Virus record (IMG/VR): IMGVR_UViG_2061766007_001346
Coordinates: 96,001-160,000 of that record
Origin: a virus
Taxonomy: Duplodnaviria; Caudoviricetes
Direction: 5' to 3' (one strand)
DNA length: 64,000 bases
The notes below the pieces were generated by a model that saw nothing but the letters and a program-made list of their open reading frames with translations, was not told the origin of the DNA and made no database searches. Position 1 is the stretch's first letter. Every line of letters begins with the position of its first letter. Below, in pieces: positions 32,168 through 41,229 of this stretch. The position numbers and the translations under genes are program-made.

Positions 32168-32240
32168 GGGGTATTAGCTCAGTCGGTAGAGCACATGCTT
32201 TGCAAGCATGGGGTCGGGAGTTCGATCCTCCCATGCTCCA
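32168..32240 (+). tRNA. tRNA-Ala(TGC)
   Basis: Cloverleaf; G3-U70. Confidence 0.9.
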
Positions 32241-32382
32241 CAAGATGACAATATTATGGAACATTGTTATGATTGTTTTTGGTCTGAGACCTGTGAATTA
32301 TTTAATTTAATGTACCCATCCGAAGAACAACTTCTAGAAATGGAAGAGTGTGGCGGCTGGATGATTACTGTTGCTGCATAAT

Positions 32383-33066
32383 ATGAAAGTTTACGGAAAT
32401 AAAGGATTGGAAATTCTATTTCCAAAATGTGAGTACGTAGAGAATATTAAAGATGCTAAGGTCGTGTATCTTGTTACAGATACACAATTCGCAACGAGGA
32501 ACGATTCTTATTATTTTCCTGTTACTAACGATTCGTTTGGAACTTATGGTTCAACGTACGATCGTTATGCTGAAATCAAGAAATTGATAGAAGCTCGAGA
32601 TAAGGAACCTCATAGAGAAGTCGCTTATAATGAAGATTTAAGAGGACAACTCAATGAAATCCTGGCTCAGATGTCTCAGGATCAACTGCTTATCGTCTGT
32701 GGCGGTTTTGCTGGAGCGTATGCAAGCTTACACGACCTTACCATTGGTGTTACCGATAGAAACCAGATGGCATCGTACTCTATTAAACTTGGTGGGTATA
32801 TGTATAATGTTGTTGGAAATCAGGCTTCTGTTATCTTAGCAAACGGTAAAGCTGGCACTATTATTGCTAAATCGGAGTCTCATCTAAAGACTTTTTTGAA
32901 AGGATTTGATACGAATACGGTTAATCAATATGGTGAAGCTGAAATGATTTATTTCAAACCAGCTAATGGACCGAAATGTGTTGCGTTTCAGTTTTTTCCT
33001 GATTTCTACCCTAAAGCACCAATCATACCCAAATTAGTCTCACGAATTAAAAAGTATATTCAGTAA
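32383..33066 (+). CDS. Degenerate class I glutamine amidotransferase-like protein
   Basis: N- and C-termini resemble 43602-44240 (PKCVAFQFFPD); catalytic His-Pro-Glu absent. Confidence 0.55.
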   Translation: MKVYGNKGLEILFPKCEYVENIKDAKVVYLVTDTQFATRNDSYYFPVTNDSFGTYGSTYDRYAEIKKLIEARDKEPHREVAYNEDLRGQLNEILAQMSQDQLLIVCGGFAGAYASLHDLTIGVTDRNQMASYSIKLGGYMYNVVGNQASVILANGKAGTIIAKSESHLKTFLKGFDTNTVNQYGEAEMIYFKPANGPKCVAFQFFPDFYPKAPIIPKLVSRIKKYIQ

Positions 33067-34457
33067 TGTGTGGAATTTATGGCATAATTAATAAGGACCC
33101 AGAAACCTTAGACTATGCAACATTTTGCTGCCTTGGATTAGCTAATGATCTAAGAGGTGGAGACAGTTGTGGTATATTTTTTGATGGTAAAACCGAGTAT
33201 GGCATCAAAGAAACTGCTAGATTTGAAGACTTTTTCTGGGAAAGCGAACTGTTAAATAACGCCGGTAAAGTGCAAATTGCGATTGGCCACGATCGTAAAG
33301 CAAGTGTCGGTGGTATTAGTCTGGCAAAAGCCCATCCAATTATCATTAATGATCAGGACGGCAATCCTAAGTTTGTTCTGGTTCATAATGGTACAATTCA
33401 CAATTATCTTGATTTGGCGAAGGAATTTATTCCTGAAATAGATTGCAAAGATTTCTCTGATTCTCAGGTACTTGCGTTAATTCTCTATCATAAGGGATTT
33501 GATGTATTATCTAAGTATATGGGTGGCACTGCGTTCTGTTGCGTTCATTATCAAGAAGGTAAACCGATTGTATTTCTTTATAAAGGTGCGTCGAAACTCT
33601 CTCGTTCTTCTAAAGAGGAAACCGAAGAGCGTCCACTGTATCTTGCTTATTCTCCTGAGACTGGTGAACTAGTATTTTCTTCTATATTGTCTTTCTTGTT
33701 TGTACAGAGAGACAATACTTCTCTTATGAAGAAGAATGTAGTTTACAAGTATGAGGACGGGGTACTTGAGGAATACAAGATTATCGACAGGTCTAACTGT
33801 GTTCAGACCAAGGCAAAAGAAGAAAAACCCAAAAGCGAACCTAAAGTTGTAAGACCAGAAAAGGTTGCAAAAGCCAATGTTATCTATAAAGGATCTGATT
33901 CTGAAGAAGAGGACGAGTACATTTACCTGGCTAAAGATCATGTAAATAATCTTTATAACTTTGGTGGTAAACCACTTCATGGTAAGTATATTATCAGTAC
34001 TTTTGGAAGAATAATCGAAGATTGTTTTGGCAGAAAACTTCCCGCTGGTATGTATCCAATCTATTTCTATCAAGGTATTCCTTTGGTTTCTTCTGAAATA
34101 TTCGGATATCTCGAACATCTCTGTAAGAAATCAATATTCAATACTCCTGAAGAATTTGCAGCATGGTATCAGAATTTGATACGGTATTATAGTCTCGATC
34201 GTGTTTATAATGATCAAGGAGTCTATTATATTGCAACTGCTGTTGATGATAGAAAACCGTTTACGGGATTACTTCAAATGATTGGTCTTGCGCAAGGACT
34301 ATGTATTAAGAACGGCTACTCTACTCATGAGTTTCACAATGGCCAGCCGTATGAGAGTATTTATAAACGACTCTATCCCAATTTAGACTATAAGAAAGTA
34401 TGGAAGCAGTTAAAGCAATACACTCTTTCACAGGAAAGACACTCAGTTCGTGGGTAA
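33066..34457 (+). CDS. Class II (Ntn) glutamine amidotransferase, copy 1
   Basis: MCGI N-terminus, RGGDSCG, GHDRKAS, HNGTI, SDS, ERPL. Confidence 0.9.
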   Translation: MCGIYGIINKDPETLDYATFCCLGLANDLRGGDSCGIFFDGKTEYGIKETARFEDFFWESELLNNAGKVQIAIGHDRKASVGGISLAKAHPIIINDQDGNPKFVLVHNGTIHNYLDLAKEFIPEIDCKDFSDSQVLALILYHKGFDVLSKYMGGTAFCCVHYQEGKPIVFLYKGASKLSRSSKEETEERPLYLAYSPETGELVFSSILSFLFVQRDNTSLMKKNVVYKYEDGVLEEYKIIDRSNCVQTKAKEEKPKSEPKVVRPEKVAKANVIYKGSDSEEEDEYIYLAKDHVNNLYNFGGKPLHGKYIISTFGRIIEDCFGRKLPAGMYPIYFYQGIPLVSSEIFGYLEHLCKKSIFNTPEEFAAWYQNLIRYYSLDRVYNDQGVYYIATAVDDRKPFTGLLQMIGLAQGLCIKNGYSTHEFHNGQPYESIYKRLYPNLDYKKVWKQLKQYTLSQERHSVRG

Positions 34458-35623
34458 CAGTTGCTATTGACTACTATAATGGTGTTTTCATTAACGGTTT
34501 TGTCAAAAGGGGAGAAGAGCGAGTTGTAATTGTTCTTGATAATGGTAAGAGGTATACTACTCGTATCGCACCTCAGGGATTCGAGGGAAAATACTTCTGG
34601 AGTTCTCAAGACAATAAGTACGTTCTTTATCTACGGGGAACTAAATCGGATTTCATTGAGCTGAAATATATGCTTAAATCCGGATTTCCTTATAGGTTTG
34701 AGAAGAAATATGAAGCTGCAGAGAATTTTAGACTTTTTTCGGGAAAACAATCTGTTATCGTAAGTCACGAATTCCCTCTGGCTAAATATCTTAAGTACAC
34801 ATTTGGTATTGAATTTGAAACGTGTGTAGGAATTATTCCCGAGGAACTGTGTTTTCGAGACGGATTGATTCCATTACGTGATGGTTCAATTTCCGGTAAT
34901 GAATACTCTACTGTAGTCATGCGCGGAAATGAAGGGTTGTCACTACTGTATCAGCAGTTACAAACACTTCGCAAGTACACTCATTTTAATAAAGAGTGTT
35001 CACTTCACATGCATTTTGGTGGATACCCATTGGATCCCCAAAAGATTTATCAATTGTATCTTGTCTGTCTTAGACTCGAATCAGATTTGTCTGCAATTCT
35101 TCCGTTATACACTTTCTATACATCTAAGTATAAGCAAAGTGGGAAGGATTACTGTAACAAACTGAATAAGTATCCCAGTTTTACAGTTCTATATCGCAAT
35201 TTAGTCGGTTTAGAATATAATGGCGATTTAACAGTTCCTCATCCTAACGATAAAAATCGCGGACACAAGTGGAATATTGCAACTCGCTATTACTGGTTGA
35301 ATCTTATTAATCTTCTCTGTTATAAGTCTAGTAAAACCGTTGAGTTTAGGTTTCTTAGACCTACGTATAATTTGGAAAGAATTCTATTCTGGATTTATAC
35401 ATTCAACGCCATCATGTTATATGCAGAACAAGATGGAAATCCTTGTGATAGTCTAATCGAGATATATCGGCATATTTATCCAAGCGAGGTTGCCGATATG
35501 CTTGAAGAAGAGTATTATAAGCAATACTGGACTACTGCTCAACAAAAATCGTTGTACAACGATATGATTGGTGCAACAACTGAAATTGAGAACGATTTCT
35601 TCGGTTACGACAGCATCATTTAG
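34400..35623 (+). CDS. Amidoligase (COOH-NH2 ligase fold), copy 1
   Basis: FGIEFET, DGSI..NEY, CSLHMHFG, RY..LN, KTVEFR. Confidence 0.85.
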   Translation: MEAVKAIHSFTGKTLSSWVTVAIDYYNGVFINGFVKRGEERVVIVLDNGKRYTTRIAPQGFEGKYFWSSQDNKYVLYLRGTKSDFIELKYMLKSGFPYRFEKKYEAAENFRLFSGKQSVIVSHEFPLAKYLKYTFGIEFETCVGIIPEELCFRDGLIPLRDGSISGNEYSTVVMRGNEGLSLLYQQLQTLRKYTHFNKECSLHMHFGGYPLDPQKIYQLYLVCLRLESDLSAILPLYTFYTSKYKQSGKDYCNKLNKYPSFTVLYRNLVGLEYNGDLTVPHPNDKNRGHKWNIATRYYWLNLINLLCYKSSKTVEFRFLRPTYNLERILFWIYTFNAIMLYAEQDGNPCDSLIEIYRHIYPSEVADMLEEEYYKQYWTTAQQKSLYNDMIGATTEIENDFFGYDSII

Positions 35624-35823
35624 GTTAATAGCTACGCAGTTCTTGGGAGGAAAGCATTGATGGAAGATGCTCACGATGAAAGAGCGGTTCGATTTCCCTC
35701 CACTTCCAAGAGTAAAGCTGCAAAAATCGTATTTTTTAGTTTCCAATTTTATTCTTAAAAAAATTGGTGGAGCCCTTCAAGAAAATATCTTGATTGTAAT
35801 ATTAAACTTAAAAATTTAGTATT

Positions 35824-36102
35824 ATGACAAAGAAATTTTGGGCCGATTGGCAACGTAGAAGAGACGAAACAAAATCTATTTGGATACACGACCATTCAAG
35901 TTCGTGCTTCGTATGGAGACGACTTATAATTCCAGATAGGTTTATTTTGTTCGAGTTCAATAACGATGCTGTTAACATTGTTTACGAAACTGTTCGTCCG
36001 GTATTGGGTCCAAATGGAGGACATCACCATTCAGAGATTCAAAAAATCCGGTTACACCGAACAGATATTCAAACAGTGAAATTCAAGAAACGCAACACTT
36101 AA
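35824..36102 (+). CDS. Hypothetical protein
   Basis: ORF. Confidence 0.6.
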   Translation: MTKKFWADWQRRRDETKSIWIHDHSSSCFVWRRLIIPDRFILFEFNNDAVNIVYETVRPVLGPNGGHHHSEIQKIRLHRTDIQTVKFKKRNT

Positions 36103-36334
36103 TATTAGTATGAAAATACGAATAAAAAGAGAAGTGCCTCCCCTCACAGTTGAGTGCGAGCCTCTTGGATATTATTGGGAGGAAATTGATGTCACACCTG
36201 AAGAGTTAATCACTTTAATAAACCGAGGTGAAACTCTAACAGTATCCCAAGATAGTAATAATTAAAACACCAGGCTGCCTATTAGGTGGAAAGTATGGAT
36301 AGTTGCAGGTAAACAGTCCTGCTCTTGGGGCCTT

Positions 36335-36408
36335 CGGGGTGTGGCGCAGTTGGCTAGCGCATCTGCTTTGGGAGCAGAGGGTCGTGTGTTCGAGTCACAT
36401 CACCCCGA
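36335..36408 (+). tRNA. tRNA-Pro(TGG)
   Basis: Cloverleaf. Confidence 0.9.
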
Positions 36409-36491
36409 CAAATACTTGCTGAATGGATAATGCAAGTTCCGTAAAGTCGGACGGTCCGTAGGGAGATAGACCGATAGAGTCTTCCTGTTAA

Positions 36492-36564
36492 GCGAGAGTA
36501 GCTCAGTTGATAGAGCATTAGCCTTCCAAGCTAAGGGTCGCGGGTTTGAGCCCCGTTTCTCGCT
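36492..36564 (+). tRNA. tRNA-Gly(TCC)
   Basis: Cloverleaf. Confidence 0.9.
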
Positions 36565-36757
36565 CTAATCTTTTAGATACAGAGTTTCGTATCCAACAAC
36601 CTGTTTAAAAGTTAGAGTTCTGCAGGGACGATTCATAATCTAAAAGATTTACTCGGTTGAAATTAATATAATACTCAAAGATTATAAGGGCTTTGCAAAC
36701 CCAGACGAGCTGAGTCAGGAGAGTATTGTATTATCTTGCAAGATTTCAACCATTTAA

Positions 36758-36830
36758 GCGACAATAGCTCAGTTGGTAGAGCGTCGGCCTGAAGAGCCGA
36801 GCGTCACTAGTTCAAACCTGGTAGGTACCA
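36758..36830 (+). pseudogene. tRNA-Phe(GAA) with non-pairing acceptor stem
   Basis: D, anticodon and T arms are intact, but 5' GCGACAA does not pair with 3' AGGTACC. Confidence 0.7.
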
Positions 36831-36851
36831 CAATTTTAAATATAAACGATT

Positions 36852-37292
36852 ATGTGTTTAGTAATTAACGAGAAGTATCATAAGTTCTTTATAGGTCGCT
36901 TTCTCCCAAGATTTTCGATAAGGGATATTGTTATAAGTAAGGAACTTATGCGCTGGGGACCTACGCGATATACTACATTCTATATGCACACACCGGTTGT
37001 ATTTAAGAATGGAATCGCTTCTCTCTTTAGCGTTTTGAGACAAAACTGTACAAAAATTGGAACTGTTAATGTGTATGATATCGATCAAGGTATTCATGCA
37101 TATCGCAGAGAACTTGATTTTGCCAAGTTCTACAATTTTCGCGCTGTAATTCCAAAAGGAACGTTTTATTACATCGGAAAAGGTGGAGATATTGTTGCAA
37201 ACAGAATACGTATTTTCGAAAACGATGAAGCGTTTAGAAGATATATGTCCAAGAGACGTCGTGCTCCAATTTATGCCGATTCATTCAAGTAA
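36852..37292 (+). CDS. Hypothetical protein, paralog of 38555-38995
   Basis: MCL..., GIH.YR, IPxGTxxYxG...DIV. Confidence 0.75.
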   Translation: MCLVINEKYHKFFIGRFLPRFSIRDIVISKELMRWGPTRYTTFYMHTPVVFKNGIASLFSVLRQNCTKIGTVNVYDIDQGIHAYRRELDFAKFYNFRAVIPKGTFYYIGKGGDIVANRIRIFENDEAFRRYMSKRRRAPIYADSFK

Positions 37293-37298
37293 TTTATC

Positions 37299-37577
37299 AT
37301 GAAAAAGTTTATTATCTTAATCATTCTTCTTGTAATTGCAGCAACATCGTGTAAAAGTGATTATGAAACAACAATCACTTACAAAATCTATTATCCGAAC
37401 AACACGGTAATAAAGCATTACACCGAAACAACTTCTAAAAATCCGACATATCTTCTTGGTTCGGATAGAGGAAGCAACTATTTGTACTTCAGTGCAACAG
37501 GAATTGGCCAAACTAGAAAACTAGAAGATACTAGTGCACCAATTGAGGTTATTTCTTTTGTAAAAGTTAAAAAATAA
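37299..37577 (+). CDS. Putative lipoprotein
   Basis: Lipobox-like AATSC. Confidence 0.65.
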   Translation: MKKFIILIILLVIAATSCKSDYETTITYKIYYPNNTVIKHYTETTSKNPTYLLGSDRGSNYLYFSATGIGQTRKLEDTSAPIEVISFVKVKK

Positions 37578-37752
37578 GTGCTTCATTATGGAAAATCCAT
37601 TCAAACAGTTTCAAGACATTGGTAACGAGACTGTGAATTTAATTAATGCCAAAACTAAAGAGCAAAAGGAGTTACATAGTAAAAGATTGTTGGAGAAAAT
37701 GCCAAACATCAATCCTCTTATACTACTTATGCTCGAAGGATAATGGATTTAT

Positions 37753-37827
37753 AGTGCCGTAGTTCAGCCTGGTTAGAATATCACACTGTCACTGTGGGGG
37801 TCGCGGGTTCGAATCCCGTCGGCACTG
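37753..37827 (+). tRNA. tRNA-Asp(GTC)
   Basis: Cloverleaf. Confidence 0.9.
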
Positions 37828-37999
37828 CTCAAAAAAATTATACACGACATATCTGCACCCCGTCACTCATCCCTGCGTTGGCTGCGCATATAGATCTCGG
37901 GGCCCCGTCAGTGGGTAAAAAGGTCCTATTGGATTGTTCGTAATTGTCTAGCCAGCACGCGTATAATTTTTTAATTGAATTTCTGCTTAAAATAATCAT

Positions 38000-38344
38000 A
38001 TGAAACATACAGAAGAAGAACGCAATGCTATTTTTAGAGAAGTACGAGCGATTATGGATCTTGCAGTAATGCTTGGAACTATTGACGCTTGGTTCTTTAA
38101 TTGGGCACCGAATGATGCAAAAGACAAAGCTGAAGCAGAATCGGTAGTTAATAAGATACTTCCTAGTACCTGGCGGTTTGTTTGTATCCATGGCAATGGT
38201 ACAAATATAGGTAAGGGTTGGTTTGCCAATGATGAATATGACTTATATCTTTCTATGGAATGTTTTAGTAACGATGAGGATTTTATTGATTCGTATGAAG
38301 TTACCAAGAAAGAAGAATGTGCCTTTGGCAATATAGAAGAATAA
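38000..38344 (+). CDS. Hypothetical protein
   Basis: ORF. Confidence 0.6.
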   Translation: MKHTEEERNAIFREVRAIMDLAVMLGTIDAWFFNWAPNDAKDKAEAESVVNKILPSTWRFVCIHGNGTNIGKGWFANDEYDLYLSMECFSNDEDFIDSYEVTKKEECAFGNIEE

Positions 38345-38442
38345 TCTCCGATGCTATCATAACTATCTACATTCGGAAGTAGTTGTTATGGTAGATGAAT
38401 TCTACGTATTCCGAATAGCCGTAGGATAGTAGGAGATAGCTT

Positions 38443-38524
38443 GCAGCAGTGGCGAAAAGGTAGCCGCGCCAGCCTTAGGAGCTGGTGGATTAAGTCCGTG
38501 AGAGTTCGAATCTCTCCTGCTGCA
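38443..38524 (+). tRNA. tRNA-Leu(TAG)
   Basis: Long variable arm; loop CTTAGGA. Confidence 0.9.
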
Positions 38525-38554
38525 CAAGAAATCAGAACAATTAACATTAAAACT

Positions 38555-38995
38555 ATGTGTCTTACAATTAATCCTAAAGAACATGTATTCTGGTTCAATC
38601 ATTATATACCAAAAGTAGCAAAAAGAGACATTCTTGTTTTCAAACGTCTTTTGTTACAGACTAATGGACAATATATTACATCCTATAGAGCACATCCAGT
38701 AAACTTTGTTAATGGAAGGACTGTATTGAAAGCTACTATTGAAGTTGAGAAGTCTCGATGGAGTGTTGCTACAAAATGGCACAGAGATCGAATCATAGGT
38801 CCTGGCATTCATTCATACCGTTCTATGCGCTATTATTTTAATTATGCAATAATTCCAGAAGGAACTACATTTTATGTTGGACGTAATAACGATATTGTTT
38901 CAGAGAAACTTATCATTTTTCAACATTTAAATGATTATACAGAATATTGCGCAGAAAAACAAATTACCCCAAGACAATATAGGCAATTTGATTAA
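38555..38995 (+). CDS. Hypothetical protein, paralog of 36852-37292
   Basis: Shared motifs. Confidence 0.75.
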   Translation: MCLTINPKEHVFWFNHYIPKVAKRDILVFKRLLLQTNGQYITSYRAHPVNFVNGRTVLKATIEVEKSRWSVATKWHRDRIIGPGIHSYRSMRYYFNYAIIPEGTTFYVGRNNDIVSEKLIIFQHLNDYTEYCAEKQITPRQYRQFD

Positions 38996-39002
38996 ATTTG
39001 AT

Positions 39003-39077
39003 GGAGATATAGCTCAGTTGGTTTAGAGTATCTGACTTACATTCAGAGGGTCGTAAGTTCGAATCTTACTATCTCTA
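39003..39077 (+). tRNA. tRNA-Val(TAC)
   Basis: Cloverleaf. Confidence 0.9.
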
Positions 39078-39236
39078 CAAAACCTGTTTATATGGAAGAA
39101 TATTTAAGGAACGAATGGAGATTAAGTAACCACGTTAGATATCAACATCTGTTCGAACAGTGGTTTAATAACTTAACAAGGGAACAAAAGCTATATTATA
39201 TAGCTTATTCCAGAGATAAAAAATCGCCTTATACAT

Positions 39237-39674
39237 ATGAGGAAAAATAAAGTTTATCTTGCGTCTACATTTAATCTCGAGAAACGGGAGAACATGCAGT
39301 CTGCTATTGAAATACTTCGTAACGCAGGCTTAGAAGTTTATGCACCAGTAGAACATCAAATTCATAACGCTTGGGATTATCCTAATACAGAATGGGGATT
39401 AATGGTGTTCGAAAATGATATTGCTGCAATTCAGAATTGCGATATTGTCGTAGTACTTTCTTATGGTAGAACAGAAGATACAAGTGGTGTCACTTGGGAA
39501 GCTGGTTTTGCTTTTGGAATAGGAAAGAAAGTCATAATTGTTGAAATGACAGATAATATCATGTCACTCATGGTTGCTAATGGTCGTTATGCTACAGTTC
39601 GTGGTTTAGATGAATTGGCAGGATATAATTGGGAAACCATGTTTCCATTAAGAACAGAAACAGAACAAAAGTAA
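39237..39674 (+). CDS. Nucleoside 2-deoxyribosyltransferase / nucleotide N-hydrolase family
   Basis: VYLAS, D..AI..CD, SGVTWEAGFA.G.GKKV. Confidence 0.85.
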   Translation: MRKNKVYLASTFNLEKRENMQSAIEILRNAGLEVYAPVEHQIHNAWDYPNTEWGLMVFENDIAAIQNCDIVVVLSYGRTEDTSGVTWEAGFAFGIGKKVIIVEMTDNIMSLMVANGRYATVRGLDELAGYNWETMFPLRTETEQK

Positions 39675-39925
39675 ACATGAAGATCTTTTTAACAATCGTA
39701 TTTACGGTTATTTACATTGTAATTGCGATTCTCATTAGTGGTACTTTAGCATTTGATTGCCACGCAGAAGACTTACGTTTTCTTTCTAAGGAAAATGCAG
39801 AAACACTTATTAAAAATGCAATTCCTGTCGGTGTTGTATGGCCATTAACACTTGTTGTATTGTGTGTTTACAGTATGGTGAAAGTGTTTCGAATATTTAC
39901 TGAAATGTTTAGTAAATAATATAAA

Positions 39926-40000
39926 GCCGGATTAGCTCAGCGGCAGAGCGGGGGCTTTGTAAGCCTCAGGTCGAGATCTCAGAATTCTCATCCGGCTCCA
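39926..40000 (+). tRNA. tRNA-Thr(TGT) with atypical T-arm
   Basis: Perfect acceptor stem plus CCA; T-loop CTCAGAA lacks TTC. Confidence 0.8.
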
Positions 40001-40106
40001 CTTTATTATGGCGGTTGTAGTTATGGATTTTTCCAAAAACTTCCTAACCGTTTGGTTATTCACTATACACAGTATCCACAGTACTGTTTAAAATCTCTTT
40101 AACACA

Positions 40107-41183
40107 ATGGGTAACAAATTAATTGTTTACACTTCGAATCTCGGATTTACTCCGAAGACTCTTGCGGACGTTGTTGCATTCGCGAAAAAGAATTGCAAGT
40201 TCCGCATCGCTGAATGTGGTCTTAACGACTATCTCGCTTCTGTGAAGGCTGGTGACAACCTCATCACTAAGAAGGGAAATAGCATCTTCGTTATCCGGAC
40301 CTTCGATAAGTCCATTGAGGACCTGTCCGGTGAAGACCGCGCTTACATCGACGATCTCGCTCGTAACTACGATGTTAAGAAAGTTAACATCACGAGCGTC
40401 GCCAATCGTATCAAATTTGAGACGTGGTGCCGTGAGGCTCGGCCCCTTCTCAATTCCGAATCTGCCTCAACCCCTAAAACAACGAGTATGAACTCCATCA
40501 AGAATTTTGGCGAGCGCCTCAAAGCCAACCTGATCCCCACCGAGGCAAAGGATGTCCGTATTGCTATGGACGGTAACATTTGTGTTGCAACCTCTAACGG
40601 TTACGTAACCATCGACGAGAACTTCCACCTCACGTCCTATCCGGACGAGATGGTGATCAACCTCCCGGCTTACACCATTCCGAAGCCTGTCGAGCAGCTG
40701 AAGGTTGGCGATATCATCGCCCGTGAGAAGAGCTACGCGAAGGTGAAGGCCATCAAGGAAGGTCGCATCACTGTCGTTGGTTATACCGGTGCTGGTTCCA
40801 ACGTGTATCCGATCAAGGACTTCTTCCTCGGCCAGACCACTGTCCGTGTCGTGGTTTCCCTCGCTGGTAACCTCGGCGGCCAGATGAATCCGCTGATGCT
40901 TCTTGCCCTCTCCGACAAGAAGGACAACGACAGCCTGCTTCCCCTGATGCTGCTGTCCCAGAACGGCGGTGCCCTTCAGGCCAATCCGATGATGATGATG
41001 GCCCTCGCTGGTGGCGACAAGTTCGACATCAAGGACCTTCTCATGTACTCCGCCCTCAGCGGCCAGAACGCCTTCGGTAACCTCTTCGGAGGTCTCGCCG
41101 CCCCTGTCGCCGCTGCTCCGGCTGCTGCTCCTGCAGCTGCACCGGCTGTTGCTCCCGTCGAAACCCCTGAATCTGCTGAATAA
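40107..41183 (+). CDS. Highly expressed protein with Met-rich MNPLML/MMMM motifs and Ala/Pro tail
   Basis: Strong codon bias; first gene before the GATase/ligase cluster. Confidence 0.8.
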   Translation: MGNKLIVYTSNLGFTPKTLADVVAFAKKNCKFRIAECGLNDYLASVKAGDNLITKKGNSIFVIRTFDKSIEDLSGEDRAYIDDLARNYDVKKVNITSVANRIKFETWCREARPLLNSESASTPKTTSMNSIKNFGERLKANLIPTEAKDVRIAMDGNICVATSNGYVTIDENFHLTSYPDEMVINLPAYTIPKPVEQLKVGDIIAREKSYAKVKAIKEGRITVVGYTGAGSNVYPIKDFFLGQTTVRVVVSLAGNLGGQMNPLMLLALSDKKDNDSLLPLMLLSQNGGALQANPMMMMALAGGDKFDIKDLLMYSALSGQNAFGNLFGGLAAPVAAAPAAAPAAAPAVAPVETPESAE

Positions 41184-41229
41184 TTAACAAAAGAAGTACT
41201 GTGGATACTTCTTTTTAAATTATTAAGAA

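Noticed and set aside
40071-41209. Invertible DNA cassette
   Set aside because: No recombinase in the window, and both repeats sit in RNA hairpins with complementary loops; an RNA-level role is favoured but inversion is not excluded
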